From Antedon mediterranea (lineage: Eukaryota; Animalia; Echinodermata), in the NCBI RefSeq assembly GCF_964355755.1, contig NC_092670.1:6934201-6998200 (forward strand): 64,000 nucleotides of DNA, written 5' to 3'. Below the pieces are notes generated by a model that was given only the letters and a program-made list of their open reading frames with translations, was not told the DNA's origin and searched no databases. Numbering within the stretch: the stretch's first letter is position 1; every line of letters starts with the position of its first letter. The position numbers and the translations under genes were made by a program. Shown in pieces: positions 38,522 to 52,316 of this stretch.

Positions 38522-41047
38522 GTGAGTATAATTCTTCTTTATTAGCTTCTACACCCGACACTTGTACTGTATGTCTACATACAATAAACTGCGGAAATCT
38601 GCAATTTATTGTCTCCTGACTATAACATTTTTAACTCTATCCAAGGAAAAGTGTAATTTCACCCTTCCCTGTACTATTTATACACTAATACTAGACACAA
38701 AATCGGCTGGCTTCTACATACAATTTGAATTTCCTAACTTCTGGTTTGTTGTTTCAATGCCAAATTTCAGAAACGAAAACTGGAATTTAATTTAATATTT
38801 TGATTAAGTGATCCAAGTAAGACTCTTCCCCATTCCTGTCTGCTCAGGTGGTAGTTTTTATGGCACGTGTAACGCTTGTAACCTGCGTCAATATCTAGAG
38901 GATAATAATAATAAAATAAATCTATGCTGTCATCATTTTAATGATTTAGTAAGAGCTTACTAAATCATTTTATTGATTTAGTAAGTTATACAGGTCTCCC
39001 AAAAACATGACAAATTAAAATTAATAAAATCAGACTTTGTCTAAGATAAGTTTGTAGTTTTAATAGAGTTAATCACTTGCGTTGAAAAACCCGAATTAAA
39101 ACCAAATCTGACTATTTCTTGGTTTAAATTTCAGTTTTTTAGGTAAATACTTTTCCATCAAATATATTAGGCCTATGTGACTTAAAATGACATATTTAAC
39201 AATACAATTTAATAAATCATTTTTTCAGGAAGATAAAATATCCGTATTTAAATAAATTATACAATAAATCTCCAGTTTACAATTGAAATATGTCAATCTA
39301 GTTTAAATTGTTGCATCCCCAGCAAAATACATGTGCAGAATAGTCCGGAGATTTTATTGGTCAAATTGAGTTCCTATAAGATTTGGAACCCTTAGGACTA
39401 GTAGAATTCATTGCGATTTTGGCCTAATTTAAGCACTATCTGCAGTATTATCTAATATAACAACTTTTAACAATAAAGCAACACATAATTTATAAGCTAT
39501 TCTTTGTAATACCTATTCATGGAGTTCAATCAATTAAAATCAAAACCAACTGTAGGAGTCTTGTTACTGACGATTAATCATTTTTGATACAGTTGACTGC
39601 TGATAAAGTACATACGCAACAGTGTGCAATATAATTTTGTGTGAATGAGTGACAAGTTGAGTTAACAACAAAGAAACTGATCTGTATTTTGTATGTGTGT
39701 GTGTTTGACTGAAAGAATGAATGGTACTGAGTTGTGCTGACTTTTATTTGAATTAAACAATGCATATTGTTTAAATCAAACCGTGTTTTTATTGACATAC
39801 TTTACTGTACTGTAGTTAAACAACAAAAATACTCAACTATGTTATCATCTCCATGCACGTCCACTATTGGACTTGATTTTAAATAAAATCACGAGTGTCT
39901 TAAAGAGGGTGTAACATTAGATGCATTGCCATCACATTTAATGGTGGCAACCATTAAAAGGCGCTACATAATTGCCCCCGATTGATAGTGGTAGTGCAGT
40001 TTTTACGTAAACAGTATGTTTCTAATGGAAATGTTTCATGGACTGCCTTCAGTTTAATGTCTTAAATTTGATTTTGCCAAGCATTTGAGATATTATATCA
40101 TTTTAACTTTCAATTGAGAGTAGATAATTATATTTGATATACTAGGCCAATGTATTAAATACAATTGTGTATAATGATTACAACTACAGAAAATTCATTT
40201 TCCTGTGTAAGAGCCATGTTTTTTTGGAATGAAACGTGTGCACTTGAATTCTTGTATATACTGTAATTCTGATTCATAATTTGTCTTTTATATTCATTTC
40301 TTTTATTCGCAGCATAATATAACAAATGGTAACAGAATAACAAATTGTAATGTGTTTTTTTGTACATAATGCAAACTAAAAAAAGTTAAAGTCACTCAAG
40401 CCATTCTTTAAAAGTCATTCGGTTTAACAAATTGTTGACATGTGTTCACAACTCTCCTTATATCAAGATCAATTCAATTGAAATACGAATAATCAGTACT
40501 TAAGCATAGTTACATGTACTTTTCATAGATATTGAGGCTCCATTTTTTATGGTAACTTTACCGTTGGTTGATTTCGACATATTATTCTTAGCCATTTCTA
40601 TACGCTTCACATCAGTGCAGACAAGTAACACTCATGGGGTGATCCAACTTTCTTCAGATATTTTTACTACAGATAATGTATCAGATACTTAAAACCCGTT
40701 GTTCGGTTAAATGTAGAAATACACTAATCTAAGAAGTAATATAAAGTAGTAGTTTCTGAATCAGGATCGAGGGTTGCATCGTATTGGAGGCACATACAAT
40801 TGCACGAGGATAATAATCTAACTTATCAGCCTGCACATTCTAGACGTTACAAAATGTAACTGATATAAAATAGGTGTTACTATAGTTTAATAATATATTC
40901 ATAGAATAGAATAATTTATACTCATATTCCATAATAACTGAGACAAGAATGAACATTGTTGTCTCAGTTAATAATGAGGGAGGGTTTGAATTGGAATAAT
41001 CCAATATATCGAAAGACTATCCATATATTATTATCAACATTGTTTAG

Positions 41048-43763
41048 ATCAAGAAGCTCCAGATATTTTCAATTGCCCAATGGATTTGATTGTTGACACA
41101 GCAACTGGTGAGGCATTTGCCATCAATGTCACATGGGTTGAACCGACAGCTACTGACAACTCTGATGAGACTCCTATACCAGTATCAGACTACACTTCTG
41201 GTGATATGTTTGCACTTGGTAACACAACAGTCCAGTACAATGTCTCAGATTCAGCTGGTAATTTTAATGATAGCTGTAGTTTTTTCGTCACTGTTAAAGG
41301 TAAGAAAAGAAGAAATTAAACTTGAGCTTAAGTAATGTGAATATGTCAAATGTGATCTAGTTTTAGGAGAAGGAGGATATACAATAATTTAAATTCAGTA
41401 AATTAGCATAAAATGTTGAAAAGGTAATAAAGTAGATCTTCTATTAATGGGACACCCTCGAGACCCCACACATTTTCCTCTCAAAATGCATATTAGTACT
41501 CTTTCTAACTTTTCTGCATTGTTATTATAGATTTGGAGACACCATCTTTTAATGGTACATGCCCATCCAGTCCTTTGGAGGTACCAACTGATCCTCCAAC
41601 CGGCAACAGACTCATTGGGGAAATGTTTGCAACTGTGATCTGGACAATTCCATCAGCAACTGATAATGTAGGTGTTGTCATGGTTACAAACAACAGCTAC
41701 CCTGGATCTCCAGTATATTTCAATATATCTTCTGATTATGACATGAATGTGGCATATGCTGCACAAGATGCAGCAGGCAATGTGGCGATATGTTCATTTT
41801 TAGTAAAAGTTGTGGGTAAGAATTAATTAAAAATAATATATAATCATATATATATTACAATAACTTATATCGTTCGAAGAAATATTTACCATACCATAAA
41901 AACATTAATTTTCTTCGGTGAATGTTAGTATATTTATATATAAAGTAAATGATGGATGAAACTAAGCCAGGACTGTTTAATGCCTAATGGGACACCATCT
42001 CCATATACACCACTATATTCCCCTCCACGCTCTAACCAGGCCCTACATTGCTTAACTTCAGTGATCTGACGAGAACCGGTGTTTCAACGTGGTAAAGCCG
42101 TATAATTCTCACATTGATCAATAGTAATAATCTAGTCTGTAGATTAACATGGCCATAACTGTTTGCAACTCATATCTGTTTATTTCATTATTAATATTAT
42201 TATATATTATTATATATTATTAATATTTTATTTCAGACGAAGAACCTCCTGTCTTCTATGTTTGTGACAACTCAACTGTTTATATCAACAACACTGCTGG
42301 TGAAAACTTTGCACCATACACATGGATGGAGCCAACTAATGCTGACAACATTTTAGTAGATTCAGAGAGATCAACACCTAATTTTGCTCCAGGTCAAGAC
42401 TTTACCATCGGAGAAAATTATATTATTTATATAAACTATGATACATCAGGAAACCAAAACAGTTGTAACTTTACACTTGTGGTTGTAGGTATGTTTCTGT
42501 TTCCGTTATTCCTTTACTTTTAATTAATTAATATTTTAAAGATATATAATTTTTTAAATACCTTGAATTAAATAGAGTTTAGTGGGATACGATAAAACAA
42601 CATACTTGACGCAATTCATAGCGAAAGTACCCCTCTTGATTAATTATAATACAAGCCGAACTAATCCCTATTGCTTGTAATTAGGACGTCATCCGTTGAC
42701 ACACTAACGCGTTTTACAATAACCAACCATTTTAATTTCTCAAATTATACTAAGATTCTTGGTGAATAATTTTACATTTGCCAGGTTTAAAAACATATTG
42801 GCACAGTTAAGTAAAGCTCAGTCACGATGTCCAGTTTTCCAAAAATTATAATTTTCAAAGAATCTTTGAAATATTACAAAAGAAATTAAACTAATTTAGT
42901 CTTGCTTGTATGTTTATTATATTTCAATAAAGTATTTTTTTTTTGTATTTCTGTTTAAAAAATTTTAAAATTAAGTTTTTAGATTATACTCATCAAACAC
43001 AGTCCTGTTATAATTAAGGGACGGGATATATTTACTCTTTTCTACTCATTTTGTGTGTAGATATTGAAGATCCAGCTATTGCCAATTGTCCAAACAATAC
43101 TGCAAGCATAACAGATAATGGCAAAAATTACAGTAATATTACCTGGACTCCGGAGCCTACAGCTACAGATAATGATGGTGTTGTAAGTTTTGAAAAGACA
43201 CATAATTCAGGAGATTTATTCTATCTTGGTGTTACAACTGTTAACTATACTGCTATTGACCCTTCCGGAAATGTAGCCATATGTTTATTCAATATTACCC
43301 TTACAGGTAAGATTTTTTCCTGCTATTAAATAGTCATGTCTTGCTCAAGCATACTGTATTGCACTGTATTGCACTGTAAGTGTTATGCTTACTGGAAGTA
43401 AAGCTTTGTGCTACAGAAAGTAATTCTCTGATATCTGTAACTAAGTAGTTCTATACTGCATAACTTAATATTAAAGACTACTACTATTATTATTATTATC
43501 ATTTTTAGATCTAGAATCACCTGAGATAATTGATTGTCCAATGGATTCGATTGTGAACACAACAACTGGTGAGGCATCTGTCTTCAATGTCACATGGATG
43601 GTACCGACAGCTACTGATAACTCTGGAGAGACTCCTGTACCAGTAGCAGACTACACGTCTGGTGATAATATGTTTGGAATTGGGACCACAACAGTCCAGT
43701 ACAATGTCTCAGATTCAGCTGGTAACTTTAATGATAGCTGCACTTTTGTTATCCATGTTGAAG
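41048..43763 (+). CDS. Host hyalin-like HYR-repeat protein; five one-domain exons (41048-41299, 41531-41815, 42237-42488, 43061-43306, 43509-43763)
   Basis: Each exon reads DxExP..C..VTW..P.ATDN..G.T.V.Y...D..GN...C.F.V.V. All are phase 1-1 with AG/GT ends, lengths divisible by 3 and no stops. Confidence 0.88.
42001..42102 (-). pseudogene. 5S rRNA pseudogene or 5S-derived SINE head in a HYR intron
   Basis: Minus strand TACGGCTTTACCACGTTGAAACACCGGTTCTCGTCAGATCACTGAAGTTAAGCAATGTAGGGCCTGGTTAG matches metazoan 5S. Deleted and diverged in the 3' third. Confidence 0.85.
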
Positions 43764-43796
43764 GTAAGAGTGTACCTTATATGACAAAATTAGATG

Positions 43797-44010
43797 TTAT
43801 TTATTTATTTTTCATTTATTCAGGTATAAACACATTTACATTCCAATATGCAGCAACAGCTAAATCGGTTGGATTACAATAAAAAAAAACAAGGCATAAA
43901 ACAAAGCAAATTATAAGATTCGTGCTAAGTACGGGATTGTTGATTTTCTATACCTCTCAATACGGCATCAAATTGGTGGTTCAAAATGAATCCTACATTA
44001 GTCAAAGGTG
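43797..44010 (-). mobile_element. Degenerate LINE 3' end (CR1/L2-like C-terminus)
   Basis: Minus strand reads CRIERYRKSTIPYLARIL*, followed by a (TAAA)n tail. Confidence 0.45.
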
Positions 44011-44368
44011 TTTTGAAAGGCTACGATTCAAAATAAATACGTTACAATGTATTGCAAACTATAATGCATTATTCTTTGTACATACAACTGTCTACGTTCG
44101 TCTACAAAACACCAATATAAAACCATTTGAGCATATTAATCCTTTGAACCTCCTGGTACCTATTTAAACATTTCAGATCAAGATAAACGTATATAAAGCA
44201 CTATTTCTACATTTTATTTATTAGTTCCTCGTACATACAACTTTGTATACATTCAACATACACACACACACACATCAAAACGATGTTGAAGATATTGCTT
44301 TGAATAAAACAATTTTAGTTTTTATTGTATCAGACTATTAGTTTACCTACATCTACATTTACAGGAAA

Positions 44369-44426
44369 ATGTTACTAATATTTCTGATTTTGATACTTGG
44401 AATTTCTAATCTTTTTAATTCACAAA
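44369..44426 (+). CDS. Diverged paralogous signal-peptide exon (MLLIFLILILGISNLFNSQ)
   Basis: Same 58-nt length, the same AATTCACAAA|GTGAGT end, and a TTTACAG acceptor. Confidence 0.55.
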
Positions 44427-45900
44427 GTGAGTTTTTTCTTCCTAGTTAGACTTTAATCAATATCTTGATCTGGTCCTGAGCATTTTTATGTTTGTAGTCA
44501 TGTTCCAGAACACTTTATAATGTTTTGTAAACAAACATTTGTAATGCAAGCCAATGAACAAAAGTAGTTAGTTTTCATGGCGGTCACCTATGTTAAGTCA
44601 AACAAACCTTTATTTTTAGTGAGTCAAAATGTCAAAATTCAATAACATGTAACCGTTCTACACGTAACATGAAAGAAATACAGCATCGACTTAGTGTGTG
44701 GGGTTGATGGCTGCAGACAGATAATATAGAGAGTTCAAATGAAATAGTTGGCTTATATATACTATCATTCCTATTAACGTTGGAATAAAAATAAAATAAT
44801 AAACTTAGTTTTTTAAAAACTGGTAGTGGTCGAGCCTGATCTTCCCTTTTTGGTATAGTAACTCAGTTTGAAGTTAGGCACTTTATTGATTCCCTCAACT
44901 GGCTTGGGATTTTAACACACAGATTAAAAAACTTGGGGAATCTTCAACCTGAATTTAATAGATTTGAAGTTAAGTTGTATCTAAATCTGAAATATCTGAA
45001 TTTGTTAAGCGCAGGAAGGAATAAGTTTAAATACAATTTATTTCGGAACGTACAAGGAGGACCTGCCAGCACTTAATAGGTTGAGAGTTAAGTCAAGTCA
45101 AGTCAAATAAATTTATTGCCATATAAAAACATTTACATTGAAATGAATTGAATGGTTTCGGCTAACAACAAATAAATAGGACTTAAACTACATTATTTAT
45201 TGAAATTCTTGATTTTCGTAAAAACTAAACCTACTCTGTTTCACACTGTCTCAGATGATTAACAACATTATATAGTATACTATTTATTGTTTGTCAGGGC
45301 CCGTATAGGAGGAGGTGAGGAGGCGGAGTTCATTTAGGGGAGGTGCTTATTAACTATACCTAATTGGTATAGTTAAAACATTATTTAGTTAGTTAGAAAC
45401 TAACTTCTGTGGCACAGTGAGCCGTTTTGTTTCGGCCTAAGAAAGAAGACGTTAAACGGCTTGTAATTCGGGGAGGGGCGTACGCGCGAAAGAGGGGTGG
45501 GTTTGGGAGGGGAGTGGGTTTGGGAGTGGGTGTCCCCCCCCCCCCCAATCGTGTCCCCCTCCCGAGCCTCAGACAATTTTGAAAAAAATTAGATGCTTAC
45601 ACACTGTTTAATAGGCTAGAGCAACTGTTTCCATTACATTTAATAACAATGTCACATAATGTAAATTTAAATAAATCCTTCCTAAATACTCTAATACGGA
45701 TCTTTTTCGACGAACTAATAATAAACTTTGATCGAAAAACACTTCAGTTGGTAATGCGGCACTCCGAAAATGCCTCGATAGTGCATGTGTTTAGTGTACG
45801 ACTGTGCTTTGGTGGTATGTTTAACCTCAGATATATACCCTATAGCCGGGTGAATAACTCAATGTAATTTAGTATACAATGATTGCCGTAATCGCCGTGT

Positions 45901-46830
45901 CAGTGGTGGCGCCAGGATCTTTCCGACGCGGGGGCTAAATTCCCCGACGGAGGGGCTATACGAGTGAAGCGAGCATCGTTATGCTGGGGGCAGGGGGCCG
46001 CCGAGGGCCCCCGATGGGGTCCAGGGCGACGCCCCCGAAAGCAACGCGTTATAGCGTAATTTGAGGCCGTTTTATTCAGATTTAGGGTAGCCAACTTTTT
46101 CCATTTTGTGTGGTATGATAAGATACTGTGCGATAAAATACATAGCACGAGATCCGATGCGATGAATGTGTAAATCCATCCTTTCAATTTTAAAAATGAA
46201 GTTCAATATTCCTATCATAGAAAATATACGCGAACATAAAACTTCCCACGGGCCAAGATGTATATATCGTTATATTCGCAGAGGCGTAGGCAGGTTGCTG
46301 TCTGGTGGGGTGCGAAAATTGTAAGTGCGCGAGACTAACACCCATGGGCTGATCTGTAAGAACATTTTGACAAATAGAGCTGCTAGGTCTCCGGAAATTG
46401 CAATTATACATTGATATATGAAAATAAATTACAAGTCTACCAGAGAACTAGCCCACCGAGGTTGAGATAGAGCTAAGAACATGTTAAACAAGTAGAGTTG
46501 TTAGGTCCCCGGAAATTGGATTATAGTATTTCGAAAAAAAAAGAAACAAAATATATACGTCTCCAGGACCAGGAGGTTGAGCTGCTAAGAAAATTGTGAA
46601 AAATAGAACTGCCAGGTACCTGGAAATTGCACTTGAAATTGCCAATATTGTTAAATGAAACAAAATTATAAGTCTACAGTTCCAGCCCGCCATGGATGGT
46701 TGGGTGGAGCTAAGAAAATTTTGAAAAATAGAGCTGCTAGGTCCCTTTAAAACATTGAAATATGAAACGAAATTATAGGTCTACAGGACCAGCCCACCAT
46801 GGTTTTGGGTTGGAGCTAAGAACATTTTGA
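45901..46830. mobile_element. One end of a related hAT element, interrupted by the Helentron
   Basis: Starts CAGTGGTGGCGCCAGGATCTTTCCGACGCGGGGGCTA, matching the reverse complement of 30480-30537. Internal similarity to 29100-29530. Confidence 0.75.
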
Positions 46831-46929
46831 ACTAGAAAGCCACTCCGAGAGTGCATACCTCCGCCTACTGTAAAATTCTCCTACATAAGATTTGTCCGGT
46901 AAAAAAAAATATTTATATTTTTAGTCTTA

Positions 46930-49900
46930 ATGCTGTTTGATTTAGGCTAATTTCATTACAAGCATGTGTATGCGAGTTTGGTGTAATGGTTATGTAACAA
47001 GCCTTTCAATTAACAATAGCTTCAGTTGACGAACAATAGAACAGCAACGCGAAAATCAAACGAGTGAATTTGAAAATAAATAGGTTTTTTAAACTACTCA
47101 CGTCAAAAAACGTGCCCATTAAATCAAATTATGTTTTAAAATTACAAAACACAAATTATAACTCTTGCCTCTTGTTAAAAAATGAAGTTTTTTGGACAAG
47201 TAGTTCTCGATAAAATGCAATTTCAGTTTACTTGTTACTTTAAGACTGCTCGCCGGCTTTTGAAAAAATCTGTCCTATTTTTTAACACTAGCAGGTCTGA
47301 AAAAGTATACTAAAAAGTGGTCCAGAATTGGGTCTGTGGTCCCAAATTGTCCCAAAATTTAATGGAATGGTCCTTGACCACATATCTATCTGTCTATTCA
47401 TTTTGGTAAAGATTTTGTAATTACTTTTTGAGTAATCCTGCTAACAAACAAACAAACTAGCCTTCGCGCATAGCGCGATACTTGGCCAAATCAAAATTGG
47501 CCTCCTGACATTGACCCAATTTTCACCAAAAGTGTGTGTCTTATGCTGTGTGATTTAGGCTAATTTCACTACAATCATGTGCATACGAATTTGGTGTACA
47601 GGTTATGTAACCAGCCTTTCAACTAACAATAGCTTCAGTCGACTAATAATAGAACAGCAACGCGAAAAACACACGGGTGTACAAAAATGAAGTTTTTTGG
47701 AGAAGTAGTTCTCGAGAAAATGCAATTTCAGTTTACTTGTTAATTTAAGACTGCTCACCGGCTTTTGATAATTCTGTCCTATTTTTTAACACTAGCAGGT
47801 CTGAAAATAATTTTTAAAAGTGATCCAGAATTGGAACCGTGGGGTAGGATAGGCAGTGTCGTCCTTGCACCAGGTGACATGTATGGTAGTAATTTGGAGT
47901 CATTCGAATAAAAACTGTGAGCGCTAGAGTGATGACAAACAAACAAACAAACAAATGAAAGAAACTGAGTGAAGTACTTGGCAAAATATATCCACTGACT
48001 GGCAGCATGTTGAAAGATACAATTTTTGCTTTAGGTATTATCTTTACATGGTTAAAATACTGATAAGGTTAATAATTTGTTTAAATAATTTTTAATGCAA
48101 ACAATTCCGGCATTGCAACAATGACCTTTCTAAAATCAAGTTTGACCAGAATAATGGTCGAGGAGTGTCTTGAAGCTGTACCGAATTGCGGCGCCTCTGT
48201 CTTAACCCATATAGTAATTATCAATTTACCTGAAAATCAATAGGCATGTTCTGTAAGTATATACCTGATGAAATAAGGAAGGAAACACGCTGGTGCTAAC
48301 AAAACTACTTATCAACTTACAATTTGAATAACAATAGAAAAGCAACGCCAAAAACAAACGGGTGAATTTGAAAAGAAATAGGTTTTTTAAAACTACTCGT
48401 ATCAATAAACCTGTACATTAAATCAAATTATGTTTTAAAAATTACAAATCACAATTTATAACTCTTGCCTCTTGTCCAAAAATGAGTTTTTTTAGACAAG
48501 TAGTTGTCGAGAAAATGTAATTTCAGTACACTTGTTACTTTAAGACTGCTCGCCGGCTTTTGAAAATTGTCTCCTATCTTTTAACACTAGCCGGACTGAC
48601 AATAATATCATTTTTATTATTTCTGAAGTTATTAATAAACCAATTTTGTTGATTTTCAATAGGCATGGTCTGAAGGTATATACCTATCTACACCCAAAAA
48701 TTTAGAACGATAACTTGAAAACTGTAGGCGCTATCGTGCTAACAAACAAACAAACAAACTAGCCTTCGCGCATAGCGCGATACTTGGCCAAATCAAAATT
48801 GGCCTCCTGATATTGACCCAATTTTCACCAAAAGTGTGTTTGTTATGCTGTGTGATTTAGGCTAATTTCACTACTATCATGTGTATACGAGTTTGGTGTA
48901 CAGGTTATGTAACCAGCCTTTCAACGAACAATAGCTTCAGTCGGCTAACAATAGAACAGCAACGCGAAAAACACACGGGTGAATTTGAAAAGAAATAGGT
49001 TTTGTAAACTACTCGCATCAAAAAACCTCTATATTAAATCTAATTATGTTTTAAAATTACAAATCACCAATTATAACTCTTGCCTCTTGTACAAAAATGA
49101 AGTTTTTTGGAGAAGTAGTTCTCGAGAAAATGCAATTTTAGTTTACTTGTTAATTTAAGACTGCTCACCGGCTTTTGATAATTCTGTCCTATCTTTTAAC
49201 ACTAGCAGGTCTGAAAGTAATTTTTAAAAGTGGTCCAGAATTTGGACCGTGGTCCGGATTTTAACCACAATTGGGCAGTGTCGTCCTTGCACCAGGTGAC
49301 ATGTATGGTAGTAATTTGGAGTCATTCGAACCAAAACTGTGAGCGCTAGAGTGATGACAAACAAACAAACAAACAAACAAACAAACAAACTAGCCTTCGC
49401 GCATAGCGCGATACTTGGCCAAATCAAAATTGGCCTCCTGACATTGACCCAATTTGCACCAAAAGTGTGTGTCTTATGCTGTGTGATTTAGGCTAATTTG
49501 ATTACTATCATGTGTATACGAGTTTGGTGTACAGGTTATGTAACCAGCCTTTCAATGAACAATAGCTTCAGTCGGCTAACAATAGAACAGCACGCGGAAA
49601 ACACACGGGTGAATTTGAAAAGAAAGAGGTTTTGTAAACTACTCGCATCAAAAAACCTCTATATTAAATCTAATTCAGTTTAAAAATTACAAATCACAAA
49701 TTATAACTCTTGCCTCTTGTACAAAAATGAAGTTTTTTGGACAAGTAGTTCCCGAGAAAATGCAATTTAAGTTTACTTGTTAATTTAAGAGTGCTCACCG
49801 GCTTTTGATAATTCTGTCCTATCTTTTAACACTAGCAGGTCTGAAAATAATTTTTAAAAGTGGTCCAGAATTGGGACCGTGGTCCGGATTTTAACTAAAA

Positions 49901-50620
49901 TTGGGTGGTGTTGTCCTTGCACCAGGTGACATGTATGGTAGTAATTTGGAGTCATTCGAATCAAAACTGTGAGCGCTAGAGTGATGACAAACAAACAAAC
50001 AAACAAACAGACAAACTAGCCTTCGCGCATAGCGCGATACTTGGCCAAATCAAAATTGGCCTCCTGACATTGACCCAATTTTCACAAAAAGTGTGTGTCT
50101 TATGCTGTGTGATTTAGGCTAATTTGATTACTATCATGTGTATACGAGTTTGGTGTACAGGTTATGTAACCAGCCTTTCAACGAACAATAGCTTCAGTCG
50201 GCTAACAATAGAACAGCAACGCGAAAAACACACGGGTGAATTTGAAAAGAATTAGGTTTTGTAAACTACTCGCATCAAAAAACCTCTATATAAAATCTAA
50301 TTCAGTTTTAAAATTACAAATCACAAATTATAACTCTTGCCTCTTGTACAAAAATGAAGTTTTTTGGAGAAGTAGTTCTCGAGAAAATGCAATTTTAGTT
50401 TACTTGTTAATTTAAGACTGCTCACCGGATTTTGATAATTCTGTCCAATCTTTTAACAATGGCTTCAGTCGACTAACAATAGAATAGCAACGCGAAAAAC
50501 ACACGGGTGAATTTGAAAAGAATTAGGTTTTAAAATTACAAATCACAAATTATAACTCTTGCCTCTTGTACAAAAATGTAGTTTTTTAGAGAAGTAGTTG
50601 CAATTTTAGTTTGCTTGTTA
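46930..50620. repeat. ~630-bp tandem repeat array (left)
   Basis: Unit marker ACTAGCCTTCGCGCATAGCGCGATACTTGGCCAA at 47456, 48758, 49389 and 50015 (periods 631 and 626), each preceded by (AAAC)n. Confidence 0.92.
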
Positions 50621-50816
50621 ATTTCTCTAAACAAGTCAAGACATTTTAAGGCAGTTTGCATGTTTATCAAATGCCTCACAATAGTCATAATTTTATTTTG
50701 TTAGCAATGATTGTGAGCAAGTTCAAATTGAACAGAGAAATACAAACTTCTTTGAAATCCTTTATATTTTAATAAAGCATCACTAGTACATATTTTAGTA
50801 TGTAATATTTTAATAG

Positions 50817-51378
50817 TTATTTATTTTTGAAAACTATTTCGGTTGTGGCTATGGCACTTGATTGGCTGGGTTCCGTGCTTGCGGCTATGCCACTTGGTTG
50901 GTCGAGTTCCGGACTTGCAAGTGCTGTTGCCTGTAATAAAGCCAAATCATCTATGTCATCCTCAGGAAAATCATCAATGTTAATGGATTGTTGTGATTCA
51001 GAGTCTAGAGCGGGAGGGGTTAATATTGCGGATGAAGTGGATGGGCTAGTAAACGGGTTGGTTGGCATATTCTCAGTCTTAATATACTTGGTGGGTGTAG
51101 TATTTATATATGAGGTTTCAGATACTGTCCTCTTTTTAGAATTTTTGTAGTCATCCGCGAGTTGTTTTTTCAAAGTGTCCCGTTAAATTTATAATTTTCG
51201 ACAGTTCGTTGTCGACAGTTTGTCTAAAGCTGTCTAGAGATTTGTAGTTGTGCTTGTTTGTGCCGGTACTTGTCACTTGCATATATGCCAGTTCTCTTCC
51301 GGTCATATGTCGAAGTTGCTGCAATTTTGTAACGATGAGTGTGGCCTGACAGTGGGCAGGCTTTTTATTTGATGACAT
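50817..51378 (-). CDS. Orphan ~185-aa protein with one 1-nt frameshift near 51173, divergent from RepHel
   Basis: ORFs 51151-51378 and 50817-51173 overlap and join if one T is removed. The ATG directly follows a TTTTCAG acceptor. Upstream candidate 5' exons and a TATA box are present. Confidence 0.5.
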
Positions 51379-52251
51379 CTGAAAAATTATATGTATATTA
51401 TATGAATAAACACGGTGGAGTCAAATCTTAATTGCCGAGTTTCCAGTTAAGCTAAAGACAAATAATTCACATTGCATTTGCATTTATCAGATAATGTGAT
51501 CACGTGCAGCGCGAAACTATTTTATTTATATTTTTTTAATATATTATATTATTAGACAAATGTTTTGGTAGAAATGTAAGAAATTGTACAGGAGACTTAA
51601 TTGTAATCAACCAAAGTGTATGTAGCAACCAAGAATAATTGTGAGTCCATTAAAGTGTGTTCACGCGTGCAGCTTAATTATGTTTAAAATTTACCTACCT
51701 CAAAATACTGTCTAAATATTCAAAGCAGTTTTGCAAAACAAATGGAGTATTTGTAGATCTGTTTAAAAAAAAGAGAAAAATGTCAATAAATAATAATTAC
51801 AACCGATTTATTTGTGAACGTCTATTTAGACCAATTAATTTTACACCGGTGTATCGTGGTTAAAAGTTGCACAAAGCTATACCTAATTGTATTCATAAAA
51901 CTGTATAGCCAAAAAATACAAAATTATGTCTTACACTAAAAAAAATCAGGTTGATCAGCAATTGAAATTGCCATTGATCTTTGTTTTATCACAATATAAC
52001 GCGACTCAGGCTGTAGGTGTGTTCGTGTGTATGTAGTCTATTAATGCCTAGATGCAGTTCAGCTAAATTTTAACAAACACTATATAACCCGACTCAGGCT
52101 GTAGGTGTATGTGTGTCTATTAATGCCTAGGTGCAATTCAGCTCCAATTAACAATGAATTTTGTGTGTTACCTGAGGCGTAATTTAGTATAATTCTATTG
52201 CAACTTTAACTTACTGTCGTTATTTATTTATAATATAAACGGGTGACTTAC

Positions 52252-52316
52252 CAACAATTTTCCATGTGACGGTTAAATAATGAATAGCGTTTAAAAATCG
52301 CGCCCAGTATATATAT
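52252..52316 (-). promoter_or_regulatory. Candidate TATA box, Inr and first exon of the orphan gene
   Basis: TATATATA at 52308-52315, TCATT about 30 nt downstream (52281), and a GTAAGT donor at 52251. Confidence 0.4.

Larger units (their letters stand above)
31450..40028. repeat. Tandem segmental duplication: two units (31450-35176, 35177-39678) plus a partial third (39679-40028)
   Basis: GATCTGTATTTTGTATGTGTG recurs at about 31450, 35177 and 39679. The units are colinear and differ mainly by the 762-bp MITE. Confidence 0.9.

Noticed and set aside
41048-43763. HYR exons as Helitron-captured cargo
   Set aside because: They lie outside the inferred Helentron start at 46831.
45295-45600. Possible extra hAT end (CAGGGCCCGTA) with G-rich tracts
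   Set aside because: No matching second TIR or TSD found in the window.
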